Shown here in pieces: positions 17,481 through 27,178 of a DNA stretch of 64,000 bases. This DNA comes from Myxococcota bacterium. Its GTDB lineage: Bacteria > Myxococcota_A > UBA796 > UBA2385. The stretch lies in the NCBI GenBank assembly GCA_044344255.1, contig JBIJDH010000006.1:160001-224000 (forward strand), written 5' to 3'. How positions within the stretch are numbered: position 1 is the first letter of the stretch; every line of letters begins with the position of its first letter. The notes under the pieces were generated by a model that searched no databases, was not told the DNA's origin, and saw nothing but the letters and a program-made list of their open reading frames with translations. A program made the translations under genes and the position numbers.

Positions 17481-19640
17481 ATGGGCCTGCTCGCTGGAAG
17501 GGTCGTCCTCATCACGGGTGCTGGGAACGGGATCGGGCGGGCCCACGCGCTCGCCTGCGCGCGTGAGGGGGCCCGCGTCGTCGTCAATGACCTCGGCGGG
17601 GCTCGTGACGGCACCGGCGCGGATGGCTCAGCCGCCGCTGCGGTCGTGCGCGAGATCGAGGCCCTCGGCGGGGAGGCGGTGGCCAACACCGACAGCGTCA
17701 CCGACGCCGCGGGCTGCGCTCGGATGGTCGCGGCGGCGATGGAGAAGTGGGGTCGCCTCGACGCGGTGGTGAACAACGCGGGCATCCTGCGCGACGGCAC
17801 GTTCCGTAAGATGACCGACGAACAGTGGCGCCTCGTCATCGACGTGCACCTGAACGGCACGCAGAACGTGACCCGCGCCGCCCTCCCGGCCCTGCTGGGC
17901 AATGACGGCGGCGCGGGCGGCGGCGCGATCATCAACACCACTAGCTACTCTGGCTTGATCGGTAACTTTGGCCAGTCCAATTACGGCGCGGCCAAGGCCG
18001 GGGTCTACGGCTTCACGCGGGTCCTCGCCCTCGAGCTCCGGCGCTCGAACATCACGGTCAACTGCCTCGCCCCCATCGCCAAGACGCGGATGACCGAAGA
18101 GATCGGCATGGTCGAGGCGGAGTGGACGCCGGAGCAGATCTCCCCGGTGGTGGTCTTCCTGGCGAGCGAGCTCGGCAAGGGCGTGACCGGCAAGGTCTTT
18201 GGCGTGCAGGGGCAGCGCATCCACGCCTACGAGATGAAGGCCAACGACGGCGTCGAGAAGGCGGGCTCTGAGCCCTGGACGGCCCCGGAGATCGCCCAGC
18301 ACCTGGACCGCATCTTCGCCTTTGAGCTCGGCGCTCCGGCTTCTGCGCCGCTCTCGCCGCCCCCCGCGCAGGCGGCGCCCGCGATGGGCGCGGCCCCGGC
18401 GGCGCCCGATCCGGTCTCCGAGGCCTTCAGCTTCGTGCCGCAGGCCTACAAGGCCGACAAGGCAAAGGACTGGGCCGCGGTCATCCACTTCAAGATCGCG
18501 GGTGGGCCGGACAAGACGATCATCTGCGGCGAGGGCAAGGCGCGGGCAGAGGACGGCCTCCACGGCACGCCCACCTGCACCTTCAAGACCGACCGTGAGA
18601 CGATCATCGGCATCCTCACGCAGCAGATCGACGCCCAGAAGGCGTTCATGAAGAACAAGATCTCCGCCGATGACCTCGGCGTCGCGATGAAATTCGCGAT
18701 GTTCTTCCGCTTTGAGAAGCCGGCGGCCCCCGCCGCCGCCGCCGCCGCCCCCACCCCTGCCGCCCCCACCCCTGCCGCCGCCGCCCACGCCGTGGAGGCC
18801 ATATCGGCCCCGCCGCCCAAGGCCTGGGCTCCGCCGATCGGGAAGACCTACCAGGCGGGGTACTTCCTCGTGAAGCCGGCCGACGCCGAGGCCTACGCCG
18901 CGGCCACCAACGACCCCAGCCTCGCCTACTACGGCGAGGGGGCGATCGTGCCTCCGATGTTTCACGTGCGGCTGCTCCGCGACGCGATGTTCGCCGTGAT
19001 CCTCGATCCGGAGCTCGATCTCGACGTGCTCCGCCTCGTCCACGGTGAGCATGACGCCACCTTCCACCGCCCCCTCAAGGCCTGGGATCTCGTCCAGTGT
19101 CGCGCCACGCTCGAAGGCGTCGAGCAGAAGGCGAAGGGCCTCCTCGTGACGGTCCGCCTCACCGGCATCGTGAACGGTGAGGTCTCGGTCGAGGCCCGCT
19201 CGCTCTTCTTCATCCGGGGGCAGATCAAGCTGCCGCTCCCCGCCGGGAAGGGCTCCCCCGAGGAGAAGGTTGACCTCGGGGAGCCCTCTCACACGCGCAC
19301 GATCGAGGTCAGCGCAGACCAGTCCTACCGCTACGCCAAGGTCTCGCTGGACGACAACCCGATCCACACCGACGCCGCGACCGCGCAGGCCGCGGGCCTC
19401 CCCGACGTGATCCTGCACGGGCTCTGCACCATGGCCCTCTCCGGGGTGGGCGTCTTGCGGGCGATCGCCTTTGACGACGCCACTCGCCTCAAGCGGCTCG
19501 GCGTTCGGTTCAGCAAGCCGGTCCTCAACGGCAGCGCGCTGCGCCTGCGGATCTGGAGGCAGCCGAACGGGGCTCGTTTCGACGTGCTCGACGCGCAGGG
19601 AGAGGCGGTGATCACCAACGGCGTGGCCGAGCTCTCCTGA
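17481..19640 (+). CDS. Multifunctional SDR dehydrogenase-SCP2-MaoC (hydratase 2) fusion
   Basis: SDR motifs TGAGNGIG, VVVNDLG, NNAGILRD, GNFGQSNYGAAK. Middle SCP2-like segment (VIHFKI...PTCTF...IDAQKAFMKNKI). C-terminal double hot-dog: LVHGEH, YAKVSLDDNPIHTD..A..AGL..VILHGLCT, RFSKPV. Confidence 0.88.
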   Translation: MGLLAGRVVLITGAGNGIGRAHALACAREGARVVVNDLGGARDGTGADGSAAAAVVREIEALGGEAVANTDSVTDAAGCARMVAAAMEKWGRLDAVVNNAGILRDGTFRKMTDEQWRLVIDVHLNGTQNVTRAALPALLGNDGGAGGGAIINTTSYSGLIGNFGQSNYGAAKAGVYGFTRVLALELRRSNITVNCLAPIAKTRMTEEIGMVEAEWTPEQISPVVVFLASELGKGVTGKVFGVQGQRIHAYEMKANDGVEKAGSEPWTAPEIAQHLDRIFAFELGAPASAPLSPPPAQAAPAMGAAPAAPDPVSEAFSFVPQAYKADKAKDWAAVIHFKIAGGPDKTIICGEGKARAEDGLHGTPTCTFKTDRETIIGILTQQIDAQKAFMKNKISADDLGVAMKFAMFFRFEKPAAPAAAAAAPTPAAPTPAAAAHAVEAISAPPPKAWAPPIGKTYQAGYFLVKPADAEAYAAATNDPSLAYYGEGAIVPPMFHVRLLRDAMFAVILDPELDLDVLRLVHGEHDATFHRPLKAWDLVQCRATLEGVEQKAKGLLVTVRLTGIVNGEVSVEARSLFFIRGQIKLPLPAGKGSPEEKVDLGEPSHTRTIEVSADQSYRYAKVSLDDNPIHTDAATAQAAGLPDVILHGLCTMALSGVGVLRAIAFDDATRLKRLGVRFSKPVLNGSALRLRIWRQPNGARFDVLDAQGEAVITNGVAELS

Positions 19641-21716
19641 GTGGCCCGGCCCCGGCCCCGGTCTCTCGCGGCCGCCGCGGCCCTCTTCGCGGGGCTGCTG
19701 CTGAGCCCGATCTTGCTCGAGGCCGTCTGCTGGATCGCCGATGAGGGCGCATTCCCGCACGTGAACGTCTACGTGGCGGACGAGGCGCTGGGGGCGCGCC
19801 TGCAGCCCGGTGCGACCGAGCGGATCTCCTTCAGCGGCAACCCGGTGAGCTCGGTTCGGATCAACGCCCGGGGCTACCGGGGGCCGGACTGGGGCCCCGC
19901 GACGGCCGACGACATCCTCCTCGTGGGCGACTCCCAGGCCTTCGGCCTCGGCGTCGACGAGGGTGACACCGCCGCCGTGGTCGTCGACCGCCGGCTCCAT
20001 CGCGCGGTGCTCAACGCCGCGGTGCCCACCTACGGGCCCGAGGAGTACCTCTCGACCGTCGAGGCGGTGCTGGCCGAGCGGCCGGTGGGCCACGTGGTCA
20101 TCGTCCTCAACGCCTCCAACGACTTCTTCGAGCTCGGCCGCCCCAACCGTGAGCGTCATCGGATCTGGGACGGTTGGGCTGTGCGCGCCGAGACGGCCCC
20201 CGAGCTCGTCGAAGACTTTCCGGGCAGGGCCTGGCTTTATGGTCGTTCACACGCCTTCTTCGCCTGGCGTCGCCTCCGGCATGGGCCGCTGGGCTCGGGG
20301 AGCCTCCCCTCGGAGGGGCAGCCCGCCGATCTGCTGCCCGCGGTCTCCGGAGATCCGGCCTCGAAGGAGGAGGCGGAGCGGCAGCGCTCCGAGGAAGAGC
20401 TGCGCATCATCGCCGCCGCTCGCGCGGAGGCCGGGGCGCGGGCGGAGGGTCGGGGGCTGGTCCAGGTCTGGCTCGACACCCTCGGCTACGACAGTGAAGA
20501 GCTCGACTTTGTCGCCGCCGCGGTCAGCCAGGGCGCCCACCCGGGCGACATCATCGACGTCGGATACGGGGAGGGCAGCCGCAGCGTCGCCCTCACCGCG
20601 CAGCTGCTCGAGGAGGGCGCGCAGCTCCGAGCGCAGGTCCCGGAGCGGGCGCGGGCCTGGCTGAAGGAGCACCCCGACTCCGAGATGGCGCCGCCGCTCC
20701 GCGCCGCCCTCGCCGCCGCCGACGGAGCGCCCGCGAACCCCGCCTCGATCCAGCGTGTCGCGCCCCGGGCCTCCGCCCCCAGCCCCTTCCACGACTACCT
20801 GCTCCGTGCGAACGCGCTCGTCGCCGAGCACGAGGCCGAGCTCACGGTGGTCATGCTCCCCCTCGACGTGCAGGTGAGCGAGGCTGAGTGGGTCAAGTAT
20901 GGCGCCGCCCCTCAAGATCTCACCGCCGCCAACGCGCTCCTCGACGAGGTGGCGAGGGACGGCCGGGGGCTCGGGATCCGGATGCTCCAGCCCCGAGCGG
21001 CCCTCGCTGCCGCCGAGCCCGGGGCCTTCCTCGATGGCGATCTGCACCTCTCGCCGAAGGGCCATCGGGTGGTCGGCGAGGCGCTGGCCGACTTGATCCG
21101 GGGCCCCGCCCCCGTCCCCCTGCCCGGCTGGGGCCTCCCCGAGGGGAGGAGCCGGGTGCCCCTCGCCGAGGAGTGGGCGCTGCCGCCGGAGCGCCACGTC
21201 GACGGCCAGGTGCCGTCGAGCTGCTCCGCCCGCCGGGTGAGGGAGTGGGTCCGCCTCGACTGCGAGGATGGGGTCGGCCTCGGCCTCGCGCAGGCCTCAG
21301 AGGAGGCGCTGTGGTCCGTGGATCGAGAGGGGGCTCACGTGGTCCTCCCCACGACGCGCGCCTCGATCGTCGATGTCCACGAGGCCACGCGGGTCCTCCG
21401 CTTCCGCTTCGACGGCGAGACCGCGACGATGGTGCGGCTGGAGGCCACCCCGGCGCCGCGAGCCGCGCTCCCAAGCGCCCTCTTGTCCTGTGAGATAGAG
21501 CGAGGGTGGGTCGGCGACCTGGAGCACGGCTGTGAGGCGACCGGCTGCGAGGGCCTCCAGGCCTGCGCCGACGGCTCGCGGCGGGCCCTCCCGGACTGTC
21601 CCGAAGGGGAGGCGAACGCCGGCTCCAGCGGGCACTGTTACGCGCTCTGCGACGAGGCCCACCCCTGCACCTCCGGGGTCTGCACCCCCTGGCAGGGCAG
21701 CGCCGTCTGCCTCTGA
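19641..21716 (+). CDS. SGNH hydrolase-like (AlgX/AlgJ-type) exported protein with Cys-rich C-terminus
   Basis: TM/signal, INARGYRG, LVGDSQAFG, NAAVPTYG, NDF, DLHLSPKGH. The C-terminal CEATGC...C..LC...C..GVC..W...VC region is Cys-rich. Confidence 0.7.
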   Translation: MARPRPRSLAAAAALFAGLLLSPILLEAVCWIADEGAFPHVNVYVADEALGARLQPGATERISFSGNPVSSVRINARGYRGPDWGPATADDILLVGDSQAFGLGVDEGDTAAVVVDRRLHRAVLNAAVPTYGPEEYLSTVEAVLAERPVGHVVIVLNASNDFFELGRPNRERHRIWDGWAVRAETAPELVEDFPGRAWLYGRSHAFFAWRRLRHGPLGSGSLPSEGQPADLLPAVSGDPASKEEAERQRSEEELRIIAAARAEAGARAEGRGLVQVWLDTLGYDSEELDFVAAAVSQGAHPGDIIDVGYGEGSRSVALTAQLLEEGAQLRAQVPERARAWLKEHPDSEMAPPLRAALAAADGAPANPASIQRVAPRASAPSPFHDYLLRANALVAEHEAELTVVMLPLDVQVSEAEWVKYGAAPQDLTAANALLDEVARDGRGLGIRMLQPRAALAAAEPGAFLDGDLHLSPKGHRVVGEALADLIRGPAPVPLPGWGLPEGRSRVPLAEEWALPPERHVDGQVPSSCSARRVREWVRLDCEDGVGLGLAQASEEALWSVDREGAHVVLPTTRASIVDVHEATRVLRFRFDGETATMVRLEATPAPRAALPSALLSCEIERGWVGDLEHGCEATGCEGLQACADGSRRALPDCPEGEANAGSSGHCYALCDEAHPCTSGVCTPWQGSAVCL

Positions 21717-21827
21717 AGGATGTGCTGCCGCTGAGGCGTGCTGCCTTGGAGGGATTTGACCCCAGCGGCGCGGGCCGCGCCAGCCGCGGGCGGGCGGGAT
21801 AATCGGCCCCCTCTCGTGGGGTCCACC

Positions 21828-22427
21828 ATGTCCGATGTGCACGCCTTCCTCGACCGTGTCTTTCAGCGCCTCCCCGCCTCGCCGCCGCGCGAGTTCCAGT
21901 TCTTCCACTGGGCCTGGCCGGGTCGCGCCACCGAGGAGGGCTTTGGCCTGCTGCCGGTGCCGGGCCTCGATCCCGGCAAGGTCATCGACGCCGCGATGGA
22001 CGTCGATCACTACCTCGGAAACGTCGAGCACGTGAAGGTCTCCCGCTCGGTGCGAGACGCCCGCTGGAGCCTCCCCGCCGCGACCCGCTTCTACCAGCGG
22101 GTCGATGTCCCGATGCTCGGCTCGATCCACCACGAGCTCGTCATCCAGCGGCTCGCCGAGCGGAAGGGCTACCAGATCGCCGCCTGGGACCTCCTCCGCC
22201 CCGAGACCGAGGCCCTCAACTCCAAGGAGGGGGCCCGCAGCGACGTGAGCCAGGGCGCCTGGATCGCGGCCCCGGGCGTCATCGGCTACGCCCTCGCCTC
22301 CTACCCGCGCCGCGACGACGTCGGCCTGCTCAAGTGGAAGGCGCTGACCACCGGCGCCGACGTCGCCGCCAGCCGCGTCCTCAAGGCGAACATGGAGTGC
22401 CTCGCCCGCTGGGCCTCGCGCCGCTGA
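21828..22427 (+). CDS. Hypothetical protein (possible START/SRPBCC-like fold)
   Basis: Clean ORF with coding-like codon use. The fold is a guess from MDVDHY.GNVEHV and QGAWI. Confidence 0.55.
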   Translation: MSDVHAFLDRVFQRLPASPPREFQFFHWAWPGRATEEGFGLLPVPGLDPGKVIDAAMDVDHYLGNVEHVKVSRSVRDARWSLPAATRFYQRVDVPMLGSIHHELVIQRLAERKGYQIAAWDLLRPETEALNSKEGARSDVSQGAWIAAPGVIGYALASYPRRDDVGLLKWKALTTGADVAASRVLKANMECLARWASRR

Positions 22428-24816
22428 GCGCGCTCGCGGGGGCTCGGCGACGTCGGGCGATCAGGAGCGTAAGGGGTCCGAGCAGGGCCCCGCTTGCGGC
22501 GCCTGCCCCCTGGGCGCAGCCGCAGCCGCCCTTGGGCGCCCCGGCCCCTGCGGACGGGGTGCCGCTGTCTTCGTCACCGCCGTACCAACCATCGGTGCCG
22601 TCTGTGCCGTCGGTTCCGTCTGTGCCGTCGGTTCCGTCGGTTCCGTCGGTTCCGTCGGTGCCGTCGGTTCCGTCGGTGCCATCGCCCCCGCCATCGCCGG
22701 TGTCGCTGCCGTCGCAGTCCTCCTGGGCCTGGGCCCGATCGTGGAGGGCGAGCACGTAGCCGCCGGCCCCGAAGCCGAGCATGGGCGCCGGCCCCTCGAA
22801 GTCGCCGGTCACCGGGTCGAGGAGCTCGGGCAGGGTGTCGTCGTTCATCCGCGCCTGGGCGGTGATCCAGTCCTCGAGGGGCTCGGCGCCGGAGGGGTCA
22901 CAGTCGCGGCGCATGGCGACGGCGGCGCGCAGATCGATCATCACCCACTCCTGCTCGTCATAGCTGTCGCCGTCGTCGTTCCGCTTGAAGCCCTTTCCGT
23001 GGGCCACCCGCAGCGCCTCCCAGGCGGCGCGGCTGGCGCGGTAGGCCTCGCTCCGCGGCGGGAGGGCGTCATTGTTGAAGGCCTCGACCGCGGCGAGGTC
23101 GAGGGCGTCCCCGCTCAGCTCCTCAAGGTTGCCCATCAGCGCACCGTCCCGGAGGAGGCGGGCCTCGATGGCCACAGAGATCGACTCCGAAGCGGACCGG
23201 TAGGCCTCCGCCCGAGGGTCGCCCAACCGCTCGGCGAGGGCCGAGGCCTCCTGGAGGCCGCGGGCGGCCCAGGCGCTCGTGTAGGTGAAGTGCTTCTGGT
23301 GGCCGTTCCAGTGCCGCTCCCAGATGCTCGAGTCTTCGGTGATGAGCCCGGTCTCGTCGATCGAGGCGAGCAGCGGATCGGCCACGCCGTCGAGGGCGAT
23401 GGGGCCGAGCTCGGCGAGCACGGCGGCGTCCTCGTTCTGATCCATCCACTCGCCGAAGGCCCAGAGCCAGAGCCCCCAGTCGTCGAGCTCGATGTTGGGG
23501 CCGTTTTCGTCTGCGTCGCTCCACTCGCCCCCGTCGCCGTAGGTGCGGCAGACGGTGACGCTGTAGTCGAGCCCGCCGAGGTAGTCCGCGTAGTCGCCCG
23601 ACTTTCCCTCCTGAACGAAGAAGCGGAGGCCGGCCAGGGCCTCCTCGGCGTAGCCCGCCGCCGTCAGGGCGCGGATGGCATAGGCGCCGTCCCGGGCCCA
23701 GGTGATGTTCCATAGGTGGGTGAAGTCGCCGGAAGAGACGGGGAGGGAGGCGACGATCTGTCCGTGGGGGTCGCCCTCCTCGCGCACCTGCCCCTGACGG
23801 AGGAAGGCGAGGGACTGCCGGTAGACCGCCTCTTCGTCGGCGCGCAGGCCCGCGGGCGGGGTGGCCAGGGCCTGCCAGTCGGCCCAACCGGCGAGCTCGG
23901 CGTCGAGGAGCGCGCTCGGCGCTCGCTCGTCGATGAAGGCGGTCACGGCGGCGGGCACGAGGCTGCGGTCGCCGCCGCTCGAGAAGGCCTCGACGAGGCC
24001 CACCCAGGTCTCCGCGCCGGGTGCGAGGCTGCCCACCGACCACTGGAGGCCGGGGACGAGGTCGTCCCCCGAGCGGTCGCAGCCGTCGCTGAGGTCGGCG
24101 CCGGCGTTGACGGTGCTCCAGACGGCGTCGCAGCTCCGCCGGGTGGGCGCGACGAGCGGGACGAGGTGCATGCCGAGGCCGGTGCCGCTCCCGCTCTCGT
24201 AGAGCCCGAGGCCGAGCGGCTCGACCTGCTCGGCGAGGGTGTGGGCGCCACCGCCGTCCTCGCCCCCGAGGTGGTAGTTGTGCAGCGAGAAGAGCTCGAC
24301 CGAGACCGCGACGGCCCCGTCGTTGCGGACGCGCAGCAGGTGGAGGAAGCCCGGCCCGGCGTAGCCGAAGGGGGCGCTCACCACCTCCTCGATGAAGAGG
24401 CTGCCGCGGCTCCGATCGACGCGCAGGACGCCCGTGCCGGGGTCGTAAGACTCGGCGCCGGCCGCGGTCAGCCAGCCGCTCCAGCCCTCGGCGCGGAGGC
24501 CGAAGTAGGTGTCGTAGAGCAGATCCCAGGTGTCGTCGCTGAGCGCGTCGGGCCGCTGGTAGAGGTGGTCCGAGAAGCGGTCGAGCACGCCGCCGCCGCC
24601 GCCGTCCCGGTTGTAGACCACCACCCCGTAGCCGTTGGAGGACACGCGCCCGTCGAGGCTCTCGTGGGGTTCGACGGCCCCTGCGTTGGCTGGCAGCAGC
24701 GCGCCGCCGACCCACAGCGCGCTGACCCACAGGGCGCAGCCGACCCGCAGCGCGCGGCCGACCCGCTGGGTGAGGTGGGCGCGGCGTTCGCGGGCTCCGA
24801 GTGTGCGGTCGGACAT
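22381..24816 (-). CDS. Glycoside hydrolase family 15 (glucoamylase-like), secreted, with MYXO-CTERM-type tail
   Basis: Signal peptide, IVASL, WNITWARDGAY, SSIWERH, LPELLD. GTD repeats are followed by KGGCGC-hydrophobic-RRRR. Confidence 0.85.
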   Translation of the reverse strand: MSDRTLGARERRAHLTQRVGRALRVGCALWVSALWVGGALLPANAGAVEPHESLDGRVSSNGYGVVVYNRDGGGGGVLDRFSDHLYQRPDALSDDTWDLLYDTYFGLRAEGWSGWLTAAGAESYDPGTGVLRVDRSRGSLFIEEVVSAPFGYAGPGFLHLLRVRNDGAVAVSVELFSLHNYHLGGEDGGGAHTLAEQVEPLGLGLYESGSGTGLGMHLVPLVAPTRRSCDAVWSTVNAGADLSDGCDRSGDDLVPGLQWSVGSLAPGAETWVGLVEAFSSGGDRSLVPAAVTAFIDERAPSALLDAELAGWADWQALATPPAGLRADEEAVYRQSLAFLRQGQVREEGDPHGQIVASLPVSSGDFTHLWNITWARDGAYAIRALTAAGYAEEALAGLRFFVQEGKSGDYADYLGGLDYSVTVCRTYGDGGEWSDADENGPNIELDDWGLWLWAFGEWMDQNEDAAVLAELGPIALDGVADPLLASIDETGLITEDSSIWERHWNGHQKHFTYTSAWAARGLQEASALAERLGDPRAEAYRSASESISVAIEARLLRDGALMGNLEELSGDALDLAAVEAFNNDALPPRSEAYRASRAAWEALRVAHGKGFKRNDDGDSYDEQEWVMIDLRAAVAMRRDCDPSGAEPLEDWITAQARMNDDTLPELLDPVTGDFEGPAPMLGFGAGGYVLALHDRAQAQEDCDGSDTGDGGGDGTDGTDGTDGTDGTDGTDGTDGTDGTDGTDGWYGGDEDSGTPSAGAGAPKGGCGCAQGAGAASGALLGPLTLLIARRRRAPASALSGARPSGRGTPCSP
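22591..22681. repeat. 9-bp coding tandem repeat (Gly-Thr-Asp)x10
   Basis: Forward (A/G)TC(G/T)GT(G/T)CC units encoding GTDGTD... on the minus strand. Confidence 0.9.
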
Positions 24817-24831
24817 GATCTCCCCGAGGGT

Positions 24832-26553
24832 TCAGCCCGTCCAGCCGACCGCGAGGCCTGGGCAAGCGGGAGGGCCGGGGCAAGTGGGCGAGGTGCAGGG
24901 CGTGAAGGCGCCGTCGGGATCGAGGGGATCGGGGGGACGGACGCGGTCAGCGCGGAGGGCGTAGGAGGGGGCGGCGGCGCCGACGGGCGGCAGGCGGGCG
25001 AGCTCGGCGTCGCTCGCCCTGCGGAGGGCGCAGGGGAGGAGGGCCTGGAGCTCGGGGCGGCCGGCGAGGGCCAGGAGCGAGCCCCCCTGGGCCGTGAGGC
25101 GGAAGCGGAGGGGCAGGGCGACATCGAAGGGTCGATCGGCTGGGCCGCGGATCACCTGCACGAGGCCCACGTCCGCCTCGGTGAGGCGAGCGAGCCGCTG
25201 GAGCCCCTCGAGCTCCTCGGGTGAGGGCGCGGCGGTGAAGACGTGGTCGAAGCTCTGGACGCCGCGGAGGCCGAGGAGCTGCCGATCGGAGAGCGCGAGG
25301 AGGTTGTTGAGGGGGCCCCCCACCCGGACGGCGCGGAAGGACAGGCGCAGGCACTCGCGGAGGAGCTCGGCCAGGGCGGGGTGACGCAGCGAGGCGGCGT
25401 CGGCGACGCGGAGCTCGGGCGCGCCCTCCTGCGCGGCGCGGAGGAGCAAGGCGCGCAGCTCCCGGCTGCTCCCCTCGAAGACCACCCGCAGCGTGGCGGG
25501 CGGTGGGGCGCTGGCCTCGAGCAGCAGCGGATCTCCGCCGAGGCCCCCCGGCTCACCCGCTCGATGGAGCGCGCGGTGGACGTCGCGCAGGCGGGTGGAG
25601 GGACGGCGGCCGGCGCGGGGCGGCGGTGGCGGCACAGGCTCGCCGGGCGCGACGGCAGGGGGCTGGAGCGCCGCGCGCGGCGGCCGAGGCGGGGAGAGGG
25701 CCTCGATCATCCCGAAACGATCGACGTAGCCGAGGGGGACGCCGCCGCAGACCGGCGCGCCGGGGCAGCGCCCGCAGGGCAGGCCCGGCGACCGCGCGGT
25801 GGGCTCCTCCCCCTCGGCGGGGCCCGGGCCGCCGCCTGCGCCGGGCCCCTCGCCCTCGAGGGTGAACAGGGCCTCCGGCAGCCGGGGCGCGGCGCAGCGG
25901 GGGAGCCCGAGGAGCTGGAGCCGGAGGTCGCGCGCGCTCGCGACGTCGACCAGGGCCTCGAGCGGTCCCTCGAGGAGGCCGAGACGGGGCGCCAGCGCGA
26001 CATAGTCGTGGGCGGCGGGCCCACAGCGCCGGAGCCAGCGGAGGCGAAAGGCCCGGGCCCCGAGGTGGGCAGCGACGGAGGCGGTCTCGGCGGGGTGGTC
26101 TTGCGTGGGGCGGCAGAGGGTCGCCTCGACCTCGACCTCGAGGCCCGCGGCGGCGGCGGCGCGGATCGCCGCCCGCGCCCGCCGCGCCGCGCCGGGGAGC
26201 CCGACCAGCCAGTCGTGGGCGTCCGCGCGCGCCGAGTGGAGGGGCAGGCGCAGGTGGCGGAGGCCGGCCGCGTGGAGGGAGGCCGCCACGCCCGCGGCGC
26301 TGAGGGCGAGGCCATCTGTGGCGAGGCCGACACGGTGGCCAGCGAGGTGGAGCGCGCGGATGAGCGCGGGCAGCTCCGCCCGCAGGGTGGGCTCACCGCC
26401 GCCGATCCACAGCGGGGGCGCCGCGAGGGAGGTGCTCGGGGGGCCGGCCTGGCGGAGGGCGTCCTCGAGGCTGCTCGCCGTTCGGGGCGGGGCCTCATCG
26501 AGGCGGCCGCGCTGGCGGGGCCCGCCGCCGAGATCGATCCAGCGCTCGGGCAT
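24832..26553 (-). CDS. Degenerate tandem radical SAM-fold protein lacking the CxxxCxxC motif
   Basis: IGGGEPTL, LATDG, LHSARADAHD.LVG.PGA, GLPRC and CGRC....VCGGV...Y..RFG. A second eroded copy ends in CTSPTC....ACPG. Strong RBS GGAGGAG. Confidence 0.7.
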   Translation of the reverse strand: MPERWIDLGGGPRQRGRLDEAPPRTASSLEDALRQAGPPSTSLAAPPLWIGGGEPTLRAELPALIRALHLAGHRVGLATDGLALSAAGVAASLHAAGLRHLRLPLHSARADAHDWLVGLPGAARRARAAIRAAAAAGLEVEVEATLCRPTQDHPAETASVAAHLGARAFRLRWLRRCGPAAHDYVALAPRLGLLEGPLEALVDVASARDLRLQLLGLPRCAAPRLPEALFTLEGEGPGAGGGPGPAEGEEPTARSPGLPCGRCPGAPVCGGVPLGYVDRFGMIEALSPPRPPRAALQPPAVAPGEPVPPPPPRAGRRPSTRLRDVHRALHRAGEPGGLGGDPLLLEASAPPPATLRVVFEGSSRELRALLLRAAQEGAPELRVADAASLRHPALAELLRECLRLSFRAVRVGGPLNNLLALSDRQLLGLRGVQSFDHVFTAAPSPEELEGLQRLARLTEADVGLVQVIRGPADRPFDVALPLRFRLTAQGGSLLALAGRPELQALLPCALRRASDAELARLPPVGAAAPSYALRADRVRPPDPLDPDGAFTPCTSPTCPGPPACPGLAVGWTG

Positions 26554-26590
26554 GTGCTCCTCCAGGGTCCGCGCCTCCAGGGTCCGCTCC

Positions 26591-27178
26591 TTATCGTGTG
26601 GGGGCCGCCCGTCGCCCGATCGCGGCGGCGAGCGCGGCGACGCTCCCGGCGATGAGGGCCACCGCCCCCCAGAGCAGGTAGAGCGCGCTCGCGGGGAAGC
26701 CGAGCCCCTCTGCCCAGCCCCCGAGCCCGGCGCCGGTCTGCCCGCCCTCGAAGTGGGGGCGAGCCGAGGAGAGGATCGGCTCCAGCCGGAAGCGCTGCCC
26801 CTCGCGGATCGCGATGAACACGACTGGATAGGTGGACCGCTGCCAGGCCGGGGGGACGGTGACCTCCACCTCGTGCAGGAGCGGGAGGCCGTCTGCGGTC
26901 CCCGCGAGGCTCAGCCGCGCGCCTTTGGGGGGTGGATCCAGCAAGGCCCAGTGCTCCCCGTCACCCGGTGCGTCGTAGCTGCCGGTCCCGTCGTCGCTCA
27001 AGAGCACGGCGGCCGGCTGGCCGGTGAGGGTGGCGGTGACCTGCACGTCCTCCACGCCGGCCGGGAAGGCGACGGCCACGGCCACAGAGCCCGCGGGCTC
27101 GCTGTCCCCGCCGGGCGGGGGGGGGGCCTGACTCCAGCCGAGGCCGCCGAGCGCCACGAGCAGCGAGAGCGCGCTCAT
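26591..27178 (-). CDS. Small exported, C-terminally anchored protein with choice-of-anchor X-like motif
   Basis: Signal peptide, LSDDGTGSYDAPGDGEHW, and a C-terminal TM followed by RR. Confidence 0.6.
   Translation of the reverse strand: MSALSLLVALGGLGWSQAPPPPGGDSEPAGSVAVAVAFPAGVEDVQVTATLTGQPAAVLLSDDGTGSYDAPGDGEHWALLDPPPKGARLSLAGTADGLPLLHEVEVTVPPAWQRSTYPVVFIAIREGQRFRLEPILSSARPHFEGGQTGAGLGGWAEGLGFPASALYLLWGAVALIAGSVAALAAAIGRRAAPTR

Noticed and set aside
22591..22681. (Gly-X-Y)n as a collagen-like triple helix
   Set aside because: Short, Pro-free and strongly acidic, so an extended linker is more plausible.
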